32,000 nucleotides of DNA from assembly GCA_963702305.1 (NCBI GenBank), contig CAVPBX010000007.1, positions 92,998-124,997 of the forward strand, given 5' to 3'. The notes beneath the pieces were generated by a model. It searched no databases. It was given only the letters and a program-made list of their open reading frames with translations, and had not been told where the DNA came from. Source of the DNA: an uncultured Acidimicrobiaceae bacterium. Lineage in GTDB: Bacteria; Actinomycetota; Acidimicrobiia; Acidimicrobiales; Palsa-688. Made by a program: the position numbers and the translations under genes. Positions 1-8,636 of this stretch are shown here, one piece after another (within the stretch, counting starts at the first letter, position 1; every line of letters starts with the position of its first letter).

Positions 1-100
1 TCTCCTGGTTGAGCCCGCGAGTCTGGCGGGCACGGGCGAGCGCCCGGCCCAGCTCGGCTGGATTTGACGCCCTCCACTCGGGCTTCGCTTTTGTGCTCAT
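1..100 (-). CDS. XRE-family helix-turn-helix regulator, N-terminal fragment (gene runs off the left edge)
   Basis: Reverse complement of 1-100 reads ATG (98-100) MSTKAKPEWRASNPAELGRALARARQTRGLNQE, a typical XRE HTH N-terminus (lG..l...R...glsqe). Confidence 0.5.
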   Translation of the reverse strand, partial: MSTKAKPEWRASNPAELGRALARARQTRGLNQE

Positions 101-183
101 ATCAACACAATATCAGAGATGAGCCTCTCGTGTGAATATCAACACATCGACCGGGGGACGCTAGATGTCTGAATATCAGCACA
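99..183. promoter_or_regulatory. Three ATATCARCACA boxes at an exact 37-bp period upstream of and overlapping the XRE start codon; candidate operator array
   Basis: ATATCAACACA at 99-109 and 136-146, ATATCAGCACA at 173-183, plus a half copy ATATCA at 110-115. Copy 3 lies inside the palindrome CTGA-ATA-TCAG. Confidence 0.45.
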
Positions 184-359
184 CACCTCGGGTCGAGTGA
201 CGTCGGCGTTGCTGCTCTTCAATATGTCCTTGCAGGCACGGGCACCGTCGCTCGCGTTCCGGCCGGACCTCGATGCCGCGCCAGGCCGGGCTCGGAGGGA
301 CCGGCGACCGAGTATCGCGGTGGAACGCGGCGCGGCCCGCGACTAACGGTCCTCGACCT

Positions 360-695
360 TCATCTCGACACGTTCGGGATAGAAGGACAGCAGACCGGCA
401 ATGCCTTCTGCCCCGCGATCGGGTTCTCGTAGCTCCAGGCGATGCCGTCGAGCATCTCACCGTCGAGCTGGAGGGACCAGTAGGACGCCTGGCCCTTGAA
501 GGGACAGGTCGTCTGGAAGTTGGTGGACCGCAGCAAGTCGGTGCGGACGTCCTCACGTCGTAAGTAATAGCGGGTCGGGAGACCCGTCTCCTCCAGCAGT
601 ACCGGCCGGTCGGATTCCGCCACCTTCTGGCCGTTGACGACCACCTCGACGTGGACGCTCGAAGGGGCGATGGTGATGGTGTGCCCGTGTGCCAT
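360..695 (-). CDS. DUF427 domain protein
   Basis: MAHGHTITIAPSSVHVEVVVNGQKVAESDRPVLLEETGLPTRYYLRREDV...TTCPFKGQASYWS matches the DUF427 signature (YY.p..dv....C.yKG.A.Y). I chose the internal ATG at 695 over the 929 ORF start because the upstream extension looks non-protein-like. Confidence 0.7.
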   Translation of the reverse strand: MAHGHTITIAPSSVHVEVVVNGQKVAESDRPVLLEETGLPTRYYLRREDVRTDLLRSTNFQTTCPFKGQASYWSLQLDGEMLDGIAWSYENPIAGQKALPVCCPSIPNVSR

Positions 696-761
696 ACGTA
701 AAGTCTGACAGACGACATCCGGCGCCATTCCCCCGGCAGCTCCTATTGCCATGCTGTAGCG

Positions 762-1622
762 GTGAGGGCTGCACTCGAGGCGATCGTGGGTCCCGTCGAC
801 GACCTGTACGTGGTACGCCGCGGCTACACCCACAACCAACGTGTCGTCGCTACCCTCCGCGACGGTCGGTCCGTGTTCGCGAAGCGGGCCGTCGACGAGA
901 CGACAGCCGCTTGGTTGCGCCAAGAGCACAGGATGTACCAGGCGTTTCGGAACGAGACGTTCATGCCCAAGGTGATCAGCTGGGCGGACGACGGGCTACC
1001 GATTCTGGTGCTCGAAGACCTCTCTGACGCCACCTGGCCACCGCCGTGGCATAGCAGCCAAATCGACGGCGTACTCTCGGCCCTGGGCGAGCTTGCCCGT
1101 CGTCCGGCACCGGAAGGACTGCCCCGCCTCGCCGACGGCGAGCAGCCGGGCGACGGATGGCATCTTGTCCTCGCCGACCCGTCCGCGTTCTTGTCCCTCG
1201 GTCTGTGCGAAGCGGACTGGCTGGATCACGCCGGTCCAGTCCTGCGTGCTGCCGCGGCGGCGGCGCCCCTCGCCGGGACGAGCGTCGTGCACTGCGACAT
1301 CCGCAGCGACAATGTGTGCGTTCGGCGCGGCTCGACCCTGCTGGTCGACTGGAACCTCGCCAGCATCGGCAACGCCGAGTTCGATGTCGCCTTCTGGCTG
1401 CCCAGCCTGGCTGCCGAGAACGGTCCGCTCCCCGAAGATGTTGCGCCTGAGTGTCCAGCCGAACTCGCCGCTTATGTCGCCGGGTTCTTCGCCTGCCGCG
1501 CTGGTCAGTCTGATATTCCTCATGCGCCATTGGTGCGGCAAGTCCAGCGGCAGCAGCTACGAACAGCGCTCCCTTGGGCAGCGCGCGCCCTCGGCTTGCC
1601 CGCACCAGCTGCACGCATATAG
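762..1622 (+). CDS. Phosphotransferase-family (APH/choline-kinase-like) protein
   Basis: Kinase catalytic loop HCDIRSDN followed by LVDWN (HxDxxxxN ... D motif of aminoglycoside-phosphotransferase-like kinases). GTG start at 762. Confidence 0.7.
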   Translation: MRAALEAIVGPVDDLYVVRRGYTHNQRVVATLRDGRSVFAKRAVDETTAAWLRQEHRMYQAFRNETFMPKVISWADDGLPILVLEDLSDATWPPPWHSSQIDGVLSALGELARRPAPEGLPRLADGEQPGDGWHLVLADPSAFLSLGLCEADWLDHAGPVLRAAAAAAPLAGTSVVHCDIRSDNVCVRRGSTLLVDWNLASIGNAEFDVAFWLPSLAAENGPLPEDVAPECPAELAAYVAGFFACRAGQSDIPHAPLVRQVQRQQLRTALPWAARALGLPAPAARI

Positions 1623-1663
1623 GCGGAGTGAAATTGATTAGTAAATGTGCTAAACTTCTAATC

Positions 1664-2002
1664 GTGGTTGGCGTAGACGCGTACAAGGCCCTGGCCGATC
1701 CGACCAGGCGGAAGATCTTAAAGTTGCTTCGCGATGACGATCTTCCAGCCGGGGTGATCGCCGAACAGTTCGACATGTCGTGGCCGTCGGTGTCTCGGCA
1801 TCTTGGTGTGTTGACATCCGCAGGCCTGGTCGAGGCCCGCCGGCAGGGCCAGCAGGTCATCTACTCGCTCACCACATCGGTCCTGGCCGACATCGTCACC
1901 GAGCTGGCCGACATGGGTCGGCTACACGATTCGCCACCTAAGGCCAACCTCTATCGACCGGGGCGGTCCGTTCCGCCGACGTTGCGCACGGCCCGGCCGT
2001 GA
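1664..2002 (+). CDS. ArsR/SmtB-family transcriptional regulator
   Basis: YKALADPTRRKILKLL...AGVIAEQFDMSWPSVSRHLGVLTSAGLV is the canonical ArsR wHTH. The start is uncertain (GTG 1664 preferred, GTG 1628 possible). 1621-1663 is an unusually AT-rich stretch with sigma70-like hexamers and the inverted repeat GATTAG-N16-CTAATC. Confidence 0.8.
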   Translation: MVGVDAYKALADPTRRKILKLLRDDDLPAGVIAEQFDMSWPSVSRHLGVLTSAGLVEARRQGQQVIYSLTTSVLADIVTELADMGRLHDSPPKANLYRPGRSVPPTLRTARP

Positions 2003-2229
2003 AGGGTCCAGGCCTGGCGGTCCTGCTAGTGGCGGTCGGGGTCGTCTCGTTTACTGCCGGATGGGTGTTCCGCGACGCGAGGGCGCGCGGGCTGCCATTG
2101 CGCAAGGCATTGACTTGGGCGGTTCTGACCACCCAGGAATGGCCCTTGCTCCTATTGCTCTATCGGCGAATACGGCCTCGACGGGTCCGAGCCGACGGGC
2201 CGGTGCTGCCGAGATCCAACCAGAGATAG
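1999..2229 (+). CDS. Small membrane protein, translationally coupled to ArsR
   Basis: GTGA start/stop overlap at 1999-2002. Two hydrophobic segments (LAVLLVAVGVVSFTAGWVF, WPLLLLLY). Confidence 0.5.
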   Translation: MKGPGLAVLLVAVGVVSFTAGWVFRDARARGLPLRKALTWAVLTTQEWPLLLLLYRRIRPRRVRADGPVLPRSNQR

Positions 2230-2577
2230 TTGGAGGAACGACGGACTGTGACGAACGGAGCGCTCTACGACGACGGTCGCATCTCCTGCGATCAGGCCGG
2301 CATCCGCATCGGCTGGTACTACCCGTGGGGAGCCAAGCGCATCCCGTATGCCTCCGTCAAGGCCGTCGAGCACCTGCCCCTCACCGGAATGAACAAGGTG
2401 CGCAGGTGGCGAATCTGGGGCAGCGGTGACTTCATCCACTGGTGGAATCTCGATCCGGGCCGTCCGCGCAAGGACGTCGCTCTTGTGCTCGACGTCGGCC
2501 ACCGGGTCCGGCCGACGATCACGCCAGACGACGCCGAAACGGTTGAGCGAATCCTCCGTGAGCATGTCAACAAGTAG
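2230..2577 (+). CDS. Hypothetical protein (possible bacterial PH-like fold), third gene of the ArsR operon
   Basis: TTG start directly follows the previous stop codon. Protein-like composition. No motif recognised. Confidence 0.45.
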   Translation: MEERRTVTNGALYDDGRISCDQAGIRIGWYYPWGAKRIPYASVKAVEHLPLTGMNKVRRWRIWGSGDFIHWWNLDPGRPRKDVALVLDVGHRVRPTITPDDAETVERILREHVNK

Positions 2578-2637
2578 GGGGCAAAGATGATCGTGTCTGT
2601 CCTCCTTGTTTGGTCCGAGTCCGGGTCGGGGTGGACG

Positions 2638-3018
2638 CTATATGGGCACGACGGTCACGTTTGCCATGTCCGCGGTCAGTGCGTTCAGGTCGGCGGGATC
2701 GCCGGTCAAGAGCCGGACTCGCGTCCCAAGTGTCCCGGCGGTGACGGCAACGATGGCATCGATGGTGTCGTCTCGGTTCGTCCGCCCGAGCAACTCGCCG
2801 GCCGCACGACCAAGCCGAGGCGTTACGGGCTTCTGATCGGTTCCGGCCAGTACTGAATGGATCCGAGCATCGCGACGGTCACCGCGCAGGGTCTCGGTCA
2901 AAGTGACGCTGCTCACGTGTACCTCGACGCCGAGCTCCTCGGCCAGGCTGAGTTCGGCCCGAACCCTTACCTTTGCCCTTCCGATTCTGTGGCCCGAGGG
3001 GCCCATGTGCTCGCTCAC
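2638..3018 (-). CDS. PIN-like domain protein (possible VapC-family remnant)
   Basis: The C-terminal DAIVAVTA...LLTGDPADLNAL...VTVVPI resembles the PIN C-terminus. I could not see the N-terminal acidic motif and there is no antitoxin upstream, so the function is doubtful. Confidence 0.35.
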   Translation of the reverse strand: MSEHMGPSGHRIGRAKVRVRAELSLAEELGVEVHVSSVTLTETLRGDRRDARIHSVLAGTDQKPVTPRLGRAAGELLGRTNRDDTIDAIVAVTAGTLGTRVRLLTGDPADLNALTADMANVTVVPI

Positions 3019-3022
3019 CGTC

Positions 3023-3403
3023 TTACCGGGAGCTCAGGGGCCGGGCGAAGCTCAGCTCGTGGCCGTCCGGGTCGCGGATGTGGAAATAGCGCTCACCCCA
3101 CGGGGCATCGGTAGGTGCGCTCTCCGGAACGAACTGGGCCTCCAGGGCTCGCTGGTACATGGCGTCCACGTCCTCAACCCAGAACACGACTCGACCCCAG
3201 ATGGCCTGTCGGGTAGCGCCAGCCGGATCGAGTTGCAGGTTGAGGTAGCCGGCGCCGACGCCGAAGCTCGTGAAAGGCGCCGCAGGTCCTCCGTACAGCA
3301 GATGGAAACCAAGCGCGTGATAGAAGCTCACCGCTTTGTCCATGTCGGTCGTCAGCAACGTGACCACGCTGATGCTCTCAATCGGCTCAAGCTGCTCGTC
3401 CAC
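3023..3403 (-). CDS. VOC (glyoxalase/bleomycin-resistance/dioxygenase) family protein
   Basis: ISVVTLLTTDMDKAVSFYHALGF ... WGERYFHIRDPDGHELSF is a typical VOC beta-alpha-beta-beta-beta signature. Confidence 0.8.
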   Translation of the reverse strand: MDEQLEPIESISVVTLLTTDMDKAVSFYHALGFHLLYGGPAAPFTSFGVGAGYLNLQLDPAGATRQAIWGRVVFWVEDVDAMYQRALEAQFVPESAPTDAPWGERYFHIRDPDGHELSFARPLSSR

Positions 3404-3409
3404 AACGAG

Positions 3410-4867
3410 CTACCCGGAACCCGGCGGTTCACGGTGCCCAGGCGTGCCGGTGACCATGTCGAGGGCGCCGAGGAACGTGTTGGCCCAGTGGTGGACGTCG
3501 AATTCGGTGACCCGGCGACGGAGGATCCGCATGCGTCGGGCCGCCTCGTCGGGCGACACCCGGGCCGCCTGAAGAATGGTGGCCTTGGTCCCGTCGATGT
3601 CGTACGGGTTGACGAGAAACGCATGCCGCAGTTCGTCGGCGGCGCCAGTGAACTCTGAGAGCACCAGCGCCCCCCGCAGGTCGAAGTGGCAGGCCACGTA
3701 CTCTTTGGCAACCAGGTTCATCCCATCCCTCAGCGGGGTGACGAGCATGACGTCGGCGGCGAGGTACAGGGCCGCCATCTCCTCTTTGGGGAACGACTGA
3801 TGCAGGTAGCGGACAGCGGTTCTGCCGACCGAAGAGTGATCGCCATTGATCCGGCCGACGATTCCCTCAACCTCTTCGCGCAGGCGCTGGTACTCCTCGA
3901 CCCGCTCCCGGCTGGGACTCGCCACCTGCACTAACACCGCATATCTGGGGTCGAGCTCACCCTCGTCTAAAAGCTCACCGTAGGCTCGCAACCGGTGCAA
4001 GATGCCCTTGGTGTAGTCCAGGCGGTCCACCCCGAGCAGCACCACCTCTGGGTCACCGAGCTCGTTTCTCAGCTGACGGGCCCGGGTCTGGATGTCGTCC
4101 CGGCGGGCCAGAGTCTCTAGGGATGCAGTGTCGATGGAGATTGGGAAAGCCCCGGCCCGCAGCTGACGCGGCCCGGCCTCGGACGCCAGTTCGATCACTG
4201 ACCCACGCGTGCTCGCCCCGGTCAATCTTCTGCATGCCCGGAGGAAGTTGCTGGCGTCGTCGCGGCGCTGAAAACCAATCAGGTCCGCGCCGAGCAAGCC
4301 CTCGACGACCTGGCGCCGCCACGGCAGCTGAGAGTAGATCTCATAGCCGGGGAACGGAATGTGGTTGAAAAACCCGATCCGCAGGTCCGGTCTCCGGGCC
4401 CTGAGCAGCGCGGGGACGAGTTGGAGCTGGTAGTCCTGAACCCACACCACCGCCCCCTTTCCCGCCTCGTCTGCGACGACGTCCGCGAACCGGTGGTTGA
4501 CGTCCCGGTACGCCTCCCACCAACCCCGCTCGAACTGGGGGACCGCGGTCAAATCGTGGTACAGCGGCCACAGCGTCGCGTTGGAGAAGCCCTCGTAGTA
4601 GTCACTCACCTCCTCCGCGGTGAGCACGACCGGCACCAGGTGCATGCCGCCGGCGTCAAAGGCGTCCAGCGTTTCGTCCGGCGCCCCTGACCATCCCACC
4701 CAGGTGCCCTGGTTGGCCTGCATGACCGGCTCCAAGGCGGTGACCAGCCCCCCCGGGCTCGGTCGCCAAAGCACCGAACCGTCCGGCTCGTTGATCCTGT
4801 CGACGGGCAGGCGGTTGGCGACCACGACGAACGAGGCGTGACCGACAGCGGGCGACATGGCCTGCAC
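3410..4867 (-). CDS. otsA: Alpha,alpha-trehalose-phosphate synthase (GT20)
   Basis: [61 protein letters not shown] are hallmark OtsA/GT20 blocks. Length 485 aa. Confidence 0.9.
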   Translation of the reverse strand: MQAMSPAVGHASFVVVANRLPVDRINEPDGSVLWRPSPGGLVTALEPVMQANQGTWVGWSGAPDETLDAFDAGGMHLVPVVLTAEEVSDYYEGFSNATLWPLYHDLTAVPQFERGWWEAYRDVNHRFADVVADEAGKGAVVWVQDYQLQLVPALLRARRPDLRIGFFNHIPFPGYEIYSQLPWRRQVVEGLLGADLIGFQRRDDASNFLRACRRLTGASTRGSVIELASEAGPRQLRAGAFPISIDTASLETLARRDDIQTRARQLRNELGDPEVVLLGVDRLDYTKGILHRLRAYGELLDEGELDPRYAVLVQVASPSRERVEEYQRLREEVEGIVGRINGDHSSVGRTAVRYLHQSFPKEEMAALYLAADVMLVTPLRDGMNLVAKEYVACHFDLRGALVLSEFTGAADELRHAFLVNPYDIDGTKATILQAARVSPDEAARRMRILRRRVTEFDVHHWANTFLGALDMVTGTPGHREPPGSG

Positions 4868-4920
4868 CCTACGAGCCTCTCTTGGGACATGCGGCCGAGT
4901 CGCCGGTCGGCGTGCAATCG

Positions 4921-5910
4921 TCAGAGGAACGTCACGCGGGTCGCTTCCTGCTTGCCTTGGGCGAAACCGGCACGGGCGGCGGGGATGCGGGTTGCCGGAT
5001 CCATCTGGTTCGTGCCCATTGCGGCTCGGGAATCGGCGTCCGGAGTAATCACCTCGACGCGGCTGCCCTGCTGGCGCAGGGCCTCGACCTGGCTTGCCAG
5101 GTCATTGCCCCATTCCGGTGATCTGCGCAGGCCCTCGAACTGGCCTTCCGGTAGGGTCCCGCTCCGTCCGCCGAACGGCGAGAGCACCACCACGTTCGCA
5201 TAGCCCGAGGCAAGGTCGGCGTTTTCGGAGGAACGCACGCCACCGTTGATGTAGTGACTGCCGTTGATGCTGATAGTGGGGGATGAACCCGGCAGCGCAG
5301 TGCCCGCCGTGACCGCGTCCACCAGGTCGACGCCCGAATCGCGGTCGAAAGTAGCCAACTCGCCGGTATGCGCGTCGACGGCCACCACGATCATCGGCCT
5401 GTCCGGCCATTCATGGCGAGGCAACCGGGCGGCGACCACGGCGCGGTGCTGTCCCGCCGTGGGTCCGAGTATGGAGTCGCACTCCAACCCGAACGCGCCC
5501 ATCGCACGTTGTAGATCGGCAGCCGAGGTGGCGGCGGCGGAGATAGCCCTCATCCGCTCGAACACCGTGGCCATCGGCAGGGCCGGCGGTCGTTCCCGGT
5601 TCTGTCCGACCGGTCGAAGCGGCGGAGACAGCACCGAGGCGAACAGTTCGGCCGGCGGTATTCCGCTTCGCAGCTGTGCTGCCGCGGTGGCACCGGACGA
5701 CGTGCCGATCACCAAATCGGCGGCCTCTGTCATATCGAGACCCGCTTCGGCCAGGCCTGCGATGATCCCGATCTCCCACGCATTTCCAGCAGCCCCACCA
5801 CCACCGAGAACCAGAGCAACGTTTTGAGCCACCCGCGGTTGCGACGTACGTCGTGCCGACTCAGGCGTGAAGGATTGGGCTTTGCCCCCAGACCAAACCG
5901 TCGGGCTCAT
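4921..5910 (-). CDS. Patatin-like phospholipase
   Basis: LVLGGGGAAGNAWEIG (oxyanion GGGxxG) and GTSSGA (GxSxG nucleophile). Start placed at ATG 5910, which forms an ATGA overlap with the upstream gene. The 6276 ORF extension is Arg-rich shadow sequence. Confidence 0.8.
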   Translation of the reverse strand: MSPTVWSGGKAQSFTPESARRTSQPRVAQNVALVLGGGGAAGNAWEIGIIAGLAEAGLDMTEAADLVIGTSSGATAAAQLRSGIPPAELFASVLSPPLRPVGQNRERPPALPMATVFERMRAISAAATSAADLQRAMGAFGLECDSILGPTAGQHRAVVAARLPRHEWPDRPMIVVAVDAHTGELATFDRDSGVDLVDAVTAGTALPGSSPTISINGSHYINGGVRSSENADLASGYANVVVLSPFGGRSGTLPEGQFEGLRRSPEWGNDLASQVEALRQQGSRVEVITPDADSRAAMGTNQMDPATRIPAARAGFAQGKQEATRVTFL

Positions 5911-6449
5911 AAACGGTAGTGGAGGTATACGACGCCGCTGCGAAAGCGGCGCTCGTCCAACAGCTCCAGGTCGGCATGGATGCCGGCGGGCAGGGCGCGC
6001 TTGCCACCGCCCACTAGGTCCGGCCCAAAGAAGAGCTGGCACTCGTCGACCAACCGCTCGGCGATCGCCTGGCCGGCGAGCTCCGCCCCGCCGATCGCGA
6101 TGTCGGATCGCGAGCTCTCCTTCAGCCGCCTGATCGCGGCGGCATCGAATTCGCCCTCGATTCGGGTTCTCTCGCTGGACACCGTCTGAAGCGTCCGCGA
6201 GTAGACAACCTTCTCGGCCGCCCGCCAGATCTCGGCGTAGTCCCGGTACACCCCCGCATGATCGCCGGTCTCCCACCAGACCATCGTCTCGTACATGCGC
6301 CGCCCGTACAGATAGGTGCCGACGGGCCGCTCGAGGTCGTTGATGAACGCGTGCACCTCCTCGTCCGGCGCCGCCCAGTCGAATTTGCCCTGCTCGTCCT
6401 CGACGTAGCCGTCGAGCGACCCGATCGCCATATAGATCAGGCTGGCCAT
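5907..6449 (-). CDS. Dihydrofolate-reductase-like (RibD C-terminal domain) protein
   Basis: MASLIYMAIGSLDGYVEDEQGKFDW...LYGRRMYE...IAIGGAELAGQA matches the RibD_C family. GGAGGAGG Shine-Dalgarno sequence upstream of ATG 6449. Confidence 0.8.
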   Translation of the reverse strand: MASLIYMAIGSLDGYVEDEQGKFDWAAPDEEVHAFINDLERPVGTYLYGRRMYETMVWWETGDHAGVYRDYAEIWRAAEKVVYSRTLQTVSSERTRIEGEFDAAAIRRLKESSRSDIAIGGAELAGQAIAERLVDECQLFFGPDLVGGGKRALPAGIHADLELLDERRFRSGVVYLHYRL

Positions 6450-6547
6450 CTCAAACCTCCTCCCGCGCTCATACCCGGCAAGGGGATGCGGTGATGTTAG
6501 CAAAACCGATTGCAAGCTACAATCGGTCTCCGGATCGGAGGACACTG

Positions 6548-7066
6548 ATGCCAGAGCACCGTTCAGGCTGCCCGATCAACCTCGCCACCGAGGTGCTGGG
6601 CGACAAGTGGTCGCTTATCGTCCTCCGCGACATGATGTTCAGCGACAAGCGCTACTACCGCGAGCTGCTGCACAGCTCCCTGGAGGGCATCGCGTCGAAC
6701 ATCCTCGCTGACCGGCTCCAACGGCTGGTCACCAACGGGCTGATCTCCCGCGCGTCCGACCCAACGCACAAGCAGAAGATCCGCTACAGCCTCACCGAGC
6801 CGGCCATTCAGCTAGTGCCGATCATGGCCCACCTCGGCTCGTGGGGAAAGCGGCATCTACCGGTCAGCCGCGAGCTCGCCGTCCGCGCTGAGCTTCTCCA
6901 AGCCGGCGGCCCCGAACTGTGGGATCGGTGTATGGACGAGCTACGCGAGCGCCACCTCGGCCTCACCCGGCCGGCCGGCGCGGAGTCCGTCCTCGCCTAC
7001 CTCCAAGCCGCCTACGAGGCCGAAGTCGCCGTCCGTCCCGTACCCAGAACGCGCCGTGAACACTGA
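6548..7066 (+). CDS. HxlR-family transcriptional regulator, divergent from the DHFR-like gene
   Basis: CPINLATEVLGDKWSLIVLRDMMF...RYYRELL...GIASNILADRLQRLV is the HxlR wHTH signature. Confidence 0.85.
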   Translation: MPEHRSGCPINLATEVLGDKWSLIVLRDMMFSDKRYYRELLHSSLEGIASNILADRLQRLVTNGLISRASDPTHKQKIRYSLTEPAIQLVPIMAHLGSWGKRHLPVSRELAVRAELLQAGGPELWDRCMDELRERHLGLTRPAGAESVLAYLQAAYEAEVAVRPVPRTRREH

Positions 7067-7113
7067 CCATCCCCGCCCTGGGCAGCTAACCCGAAGGGTG
7101 CGGTCGTCGACGA

Positions 7114-7668
7114 CTATGGGGTGCGGCCGATGAAGGCCAGCAGTTTGGTCTGGACATCGGCGTCGTCGAGGACATGCACGCGTGGTCCGTACTGGCCGCT
7201 CTGGCGCAGCACCTTGTCCATCGGCAACATGCCCTCGAGCATCGCGGCGCACTTGTCCGGATCCAACGTCTCGTCCTGTCCCGTGGCGCGGGCGAGATCC
7301 CAGCGGTGCAGGAACACGTCGCTGGTGTAGATCATGTCGATCGCCTGCCCGAGCGGCATGCGACCAATGTGAGGGAGATCGTGCTCTCGATCGGCAATGT
7401 CGGCGTCGTCGAGGAGTGCCTGCACGGCGTCGGTCTGGGTGCGCCAGGCGCCGACCGGGTCGTCATCGACCGAAGGTCCCGCCGGCAGCGTGATCCCCGC
7501 CCCTCCCTGGAGGAAGGCCGGGAACCATTCGACGAGGTGGCGCACGACGTCGCGGGCCACCCAACCCTGCACCGGCGCGGGCTGATCCCACGCGTCCGAC
7601 GCGGCACTCTCGACGGTCGTGGTGAACGCATGGGCGATGCGGCGGTGCTCGTCGGCCGAGCTGCTCAT
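7114..7668 (-). CDS. DinB/MDMPI_N-like (TIGR03086-type) protein
   Basis: N-terminal WDQPAPVQGWVARDVVRHLVEW and a C-terminal half like mycothiol-dependent maleylpyruvate isomerase N-domain family members. ATGA overlap with the upstream gene at 7665-7668. Confidence 0.6.
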   Translation of the reverse strand: MSSSADEHRRIAHAFTTTVESAASDAWDQPAPVQGWVARDVVRHLVEWFPAFLQGGAGITLPAGPSVDDDPVGAWRTQTDAVQALLDDADIADREHDLPHIGRMPLGQAIDMIYTSDVFLHRWDLARATGQDETLDPDKCAAMLEGMLPMDKVLRQSGQYGPRVHVLDDADVQTKLLAFIGRTP

Positions 7669-8153
7669 CGGAGTTCGGCGATGACGGCGTCGAGCTTGGC
7701 GTAGCCCTCGCCGACGCCGGTCTCCATGCCGCTGGCCAGCCACTGGTCGCGGTCCTCGAAGCTGTCCACCAGCGACTGCGCGTGCAGTCGGGTGCGGCCG
7801 TCGCCGAGGTCTTCGAACCGGAGCGTCTCGAGGGCGACGCCGTCGGGCTGACCGTCGAAGGTGAAGGTCTGCACGATGCGGTCCTCACCGACCTCGTGGA
7901 AGCAGCCGTGGAAGCCGTACTCCTCGCCGTCGCGGCTGGCGACGTAGCGCCAGCGGCCGCCGGTGGTGGCGTCCCAGTCGAGGATCTTGGTGTCCATATC
8001 GTTGGGACCGACCCAGCGGGCGAACAGCTGGGGATCGGTGTGGGCCCGCAGCAGCTGCGCCGGGGTGGCGTCGAAGTCACGGGTGATGCGAATGATCGGC
8101 ACGGTCGGGTCGGCCTCGATCGAGACCTGGTAATGACTGCTAGTGGCGTTCAT
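7665..8153 (-). CDS. SRPBCC / AHSA1 (activator of Hsp90 ATPase-like) domain protein
   Basis: IRITRDFDATPAQLLRAHTDPQLFARWVGP...RWRYV...FHEV...IVQTF is typical of the AHSA1 subfamily usually paired with ArsR. ATGA overlap at 8150-8153. Confidence 0.8.
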   Translation of the reverse strand: MNATSSHYQVSIEADPTVPIIRITRDFDATPAQLLRAHTDPQLFARWVGPNDMDTKILDWDATTGGRWRYVASRDGEEYGFHGCFHEVGEDRIVQTFTFDGQPDGVALETLRFEDLGDGRTRLHAQSLVDSFEDRDQWLASGMETGVGEGYAKLDAVIAELR

Positions 8154-8539
8154 GACGCTGCTCCTTGTTCTAGGTGTCGGGGGTTGGCGGGTTGTTCATC
8201 GCCGCGCATCTCGGCCAGCACGGCGTCGAGGCGCTCGTAACGCTCTTGAGCCTGTTGGCGGTACCGGTCGATCCACTTCGTCATCAGGTCGAAAACCTCG
8301 GCTTCGAGATGACACGGCCGCCGCTGGGCGTCCTTCGTCTGGCTCACCAGGCCGGCGTCGGCTAGCACCTTGATGTGCTTGGACACCGCCTGGACTGAGA
8401 CGTCGTAGGGGTCGGCCAGCTCCCCCACGGTGGCGTCGCCCACGGCCAGGCGCGCCACCATGTCGCGCCTCGTTGGATCGGCCAGAGCGGCGAACACTCG
8501 GGACAGCTGGTCGTCGGCCACGGACGACTCCTTCTTCAC
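8150..8539 (-). CDS. ArsR/SmtB-family regulator, first gene of the ArsR-SRPBCC-DinB operon
   Basis: VFAALADPTRRDMVARLAVGDATVGELADPYDVSVQAVSKHIKVLADAGLV. Confidence 0.85.
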   Translation of the reverse strand: MKKESSVADDQLSRVFAALADPTRRDMVARLAVGDATVGELADPYDVSVQAVSKHIKVLADAGLVSQTKDAQRRPCHLEAEVFDLMTKWIDRYRQQAQERYERLDAVLAEMRGDEQPANPRHLEQGAAS

Positions 8540-8546
8540 TGAATCG

Positions 8547-8598
8547 TTGAATACAACCTACGCCAGGGACAAATCGTTGTCAACCCCTAGGTTGAATA
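8547..8598. promoter_or_regulatory. Nested inverted repeats upstream of the ArsR gene; candidate operator
   Basis: CAACCTA (8554-8560) pairs with TAGGTTG (8588-8594). These enclose GACAA-atcg-TTGTC (8568-8581). The whole is flanked by direct TTGAATA copies (8547-8553 and 8592-8598). Confidence 0.3.
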
Positions 8599-8636
8599 GG
8601 AGGGTGGCCAGCGGTTATGTGACACCCTTTCCCGGC

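Noticed and set aside
976-1860. A 294-aa minus-strand ORF, plus several others (996..1541, 1093..1641), overlapping the APH-like kinase gene
   Set aside because: The translations are Arg/Pro/Ala-rich and low-complexity, typical of shadow ORFs in high-GC DNA. The plus-strand frame carries the recognisable kinase motifs.
4921-6276. The long 451-aa form of the patatin ORF overlapping the DHFR-like gene
   Set aside because: The N-terminal 122 codons are Arg-rich shadow sequence overlapping a well-supported gene in another frame. ATG 5910 gives an ATGA coupling junction and a normal patatin N-terminus.
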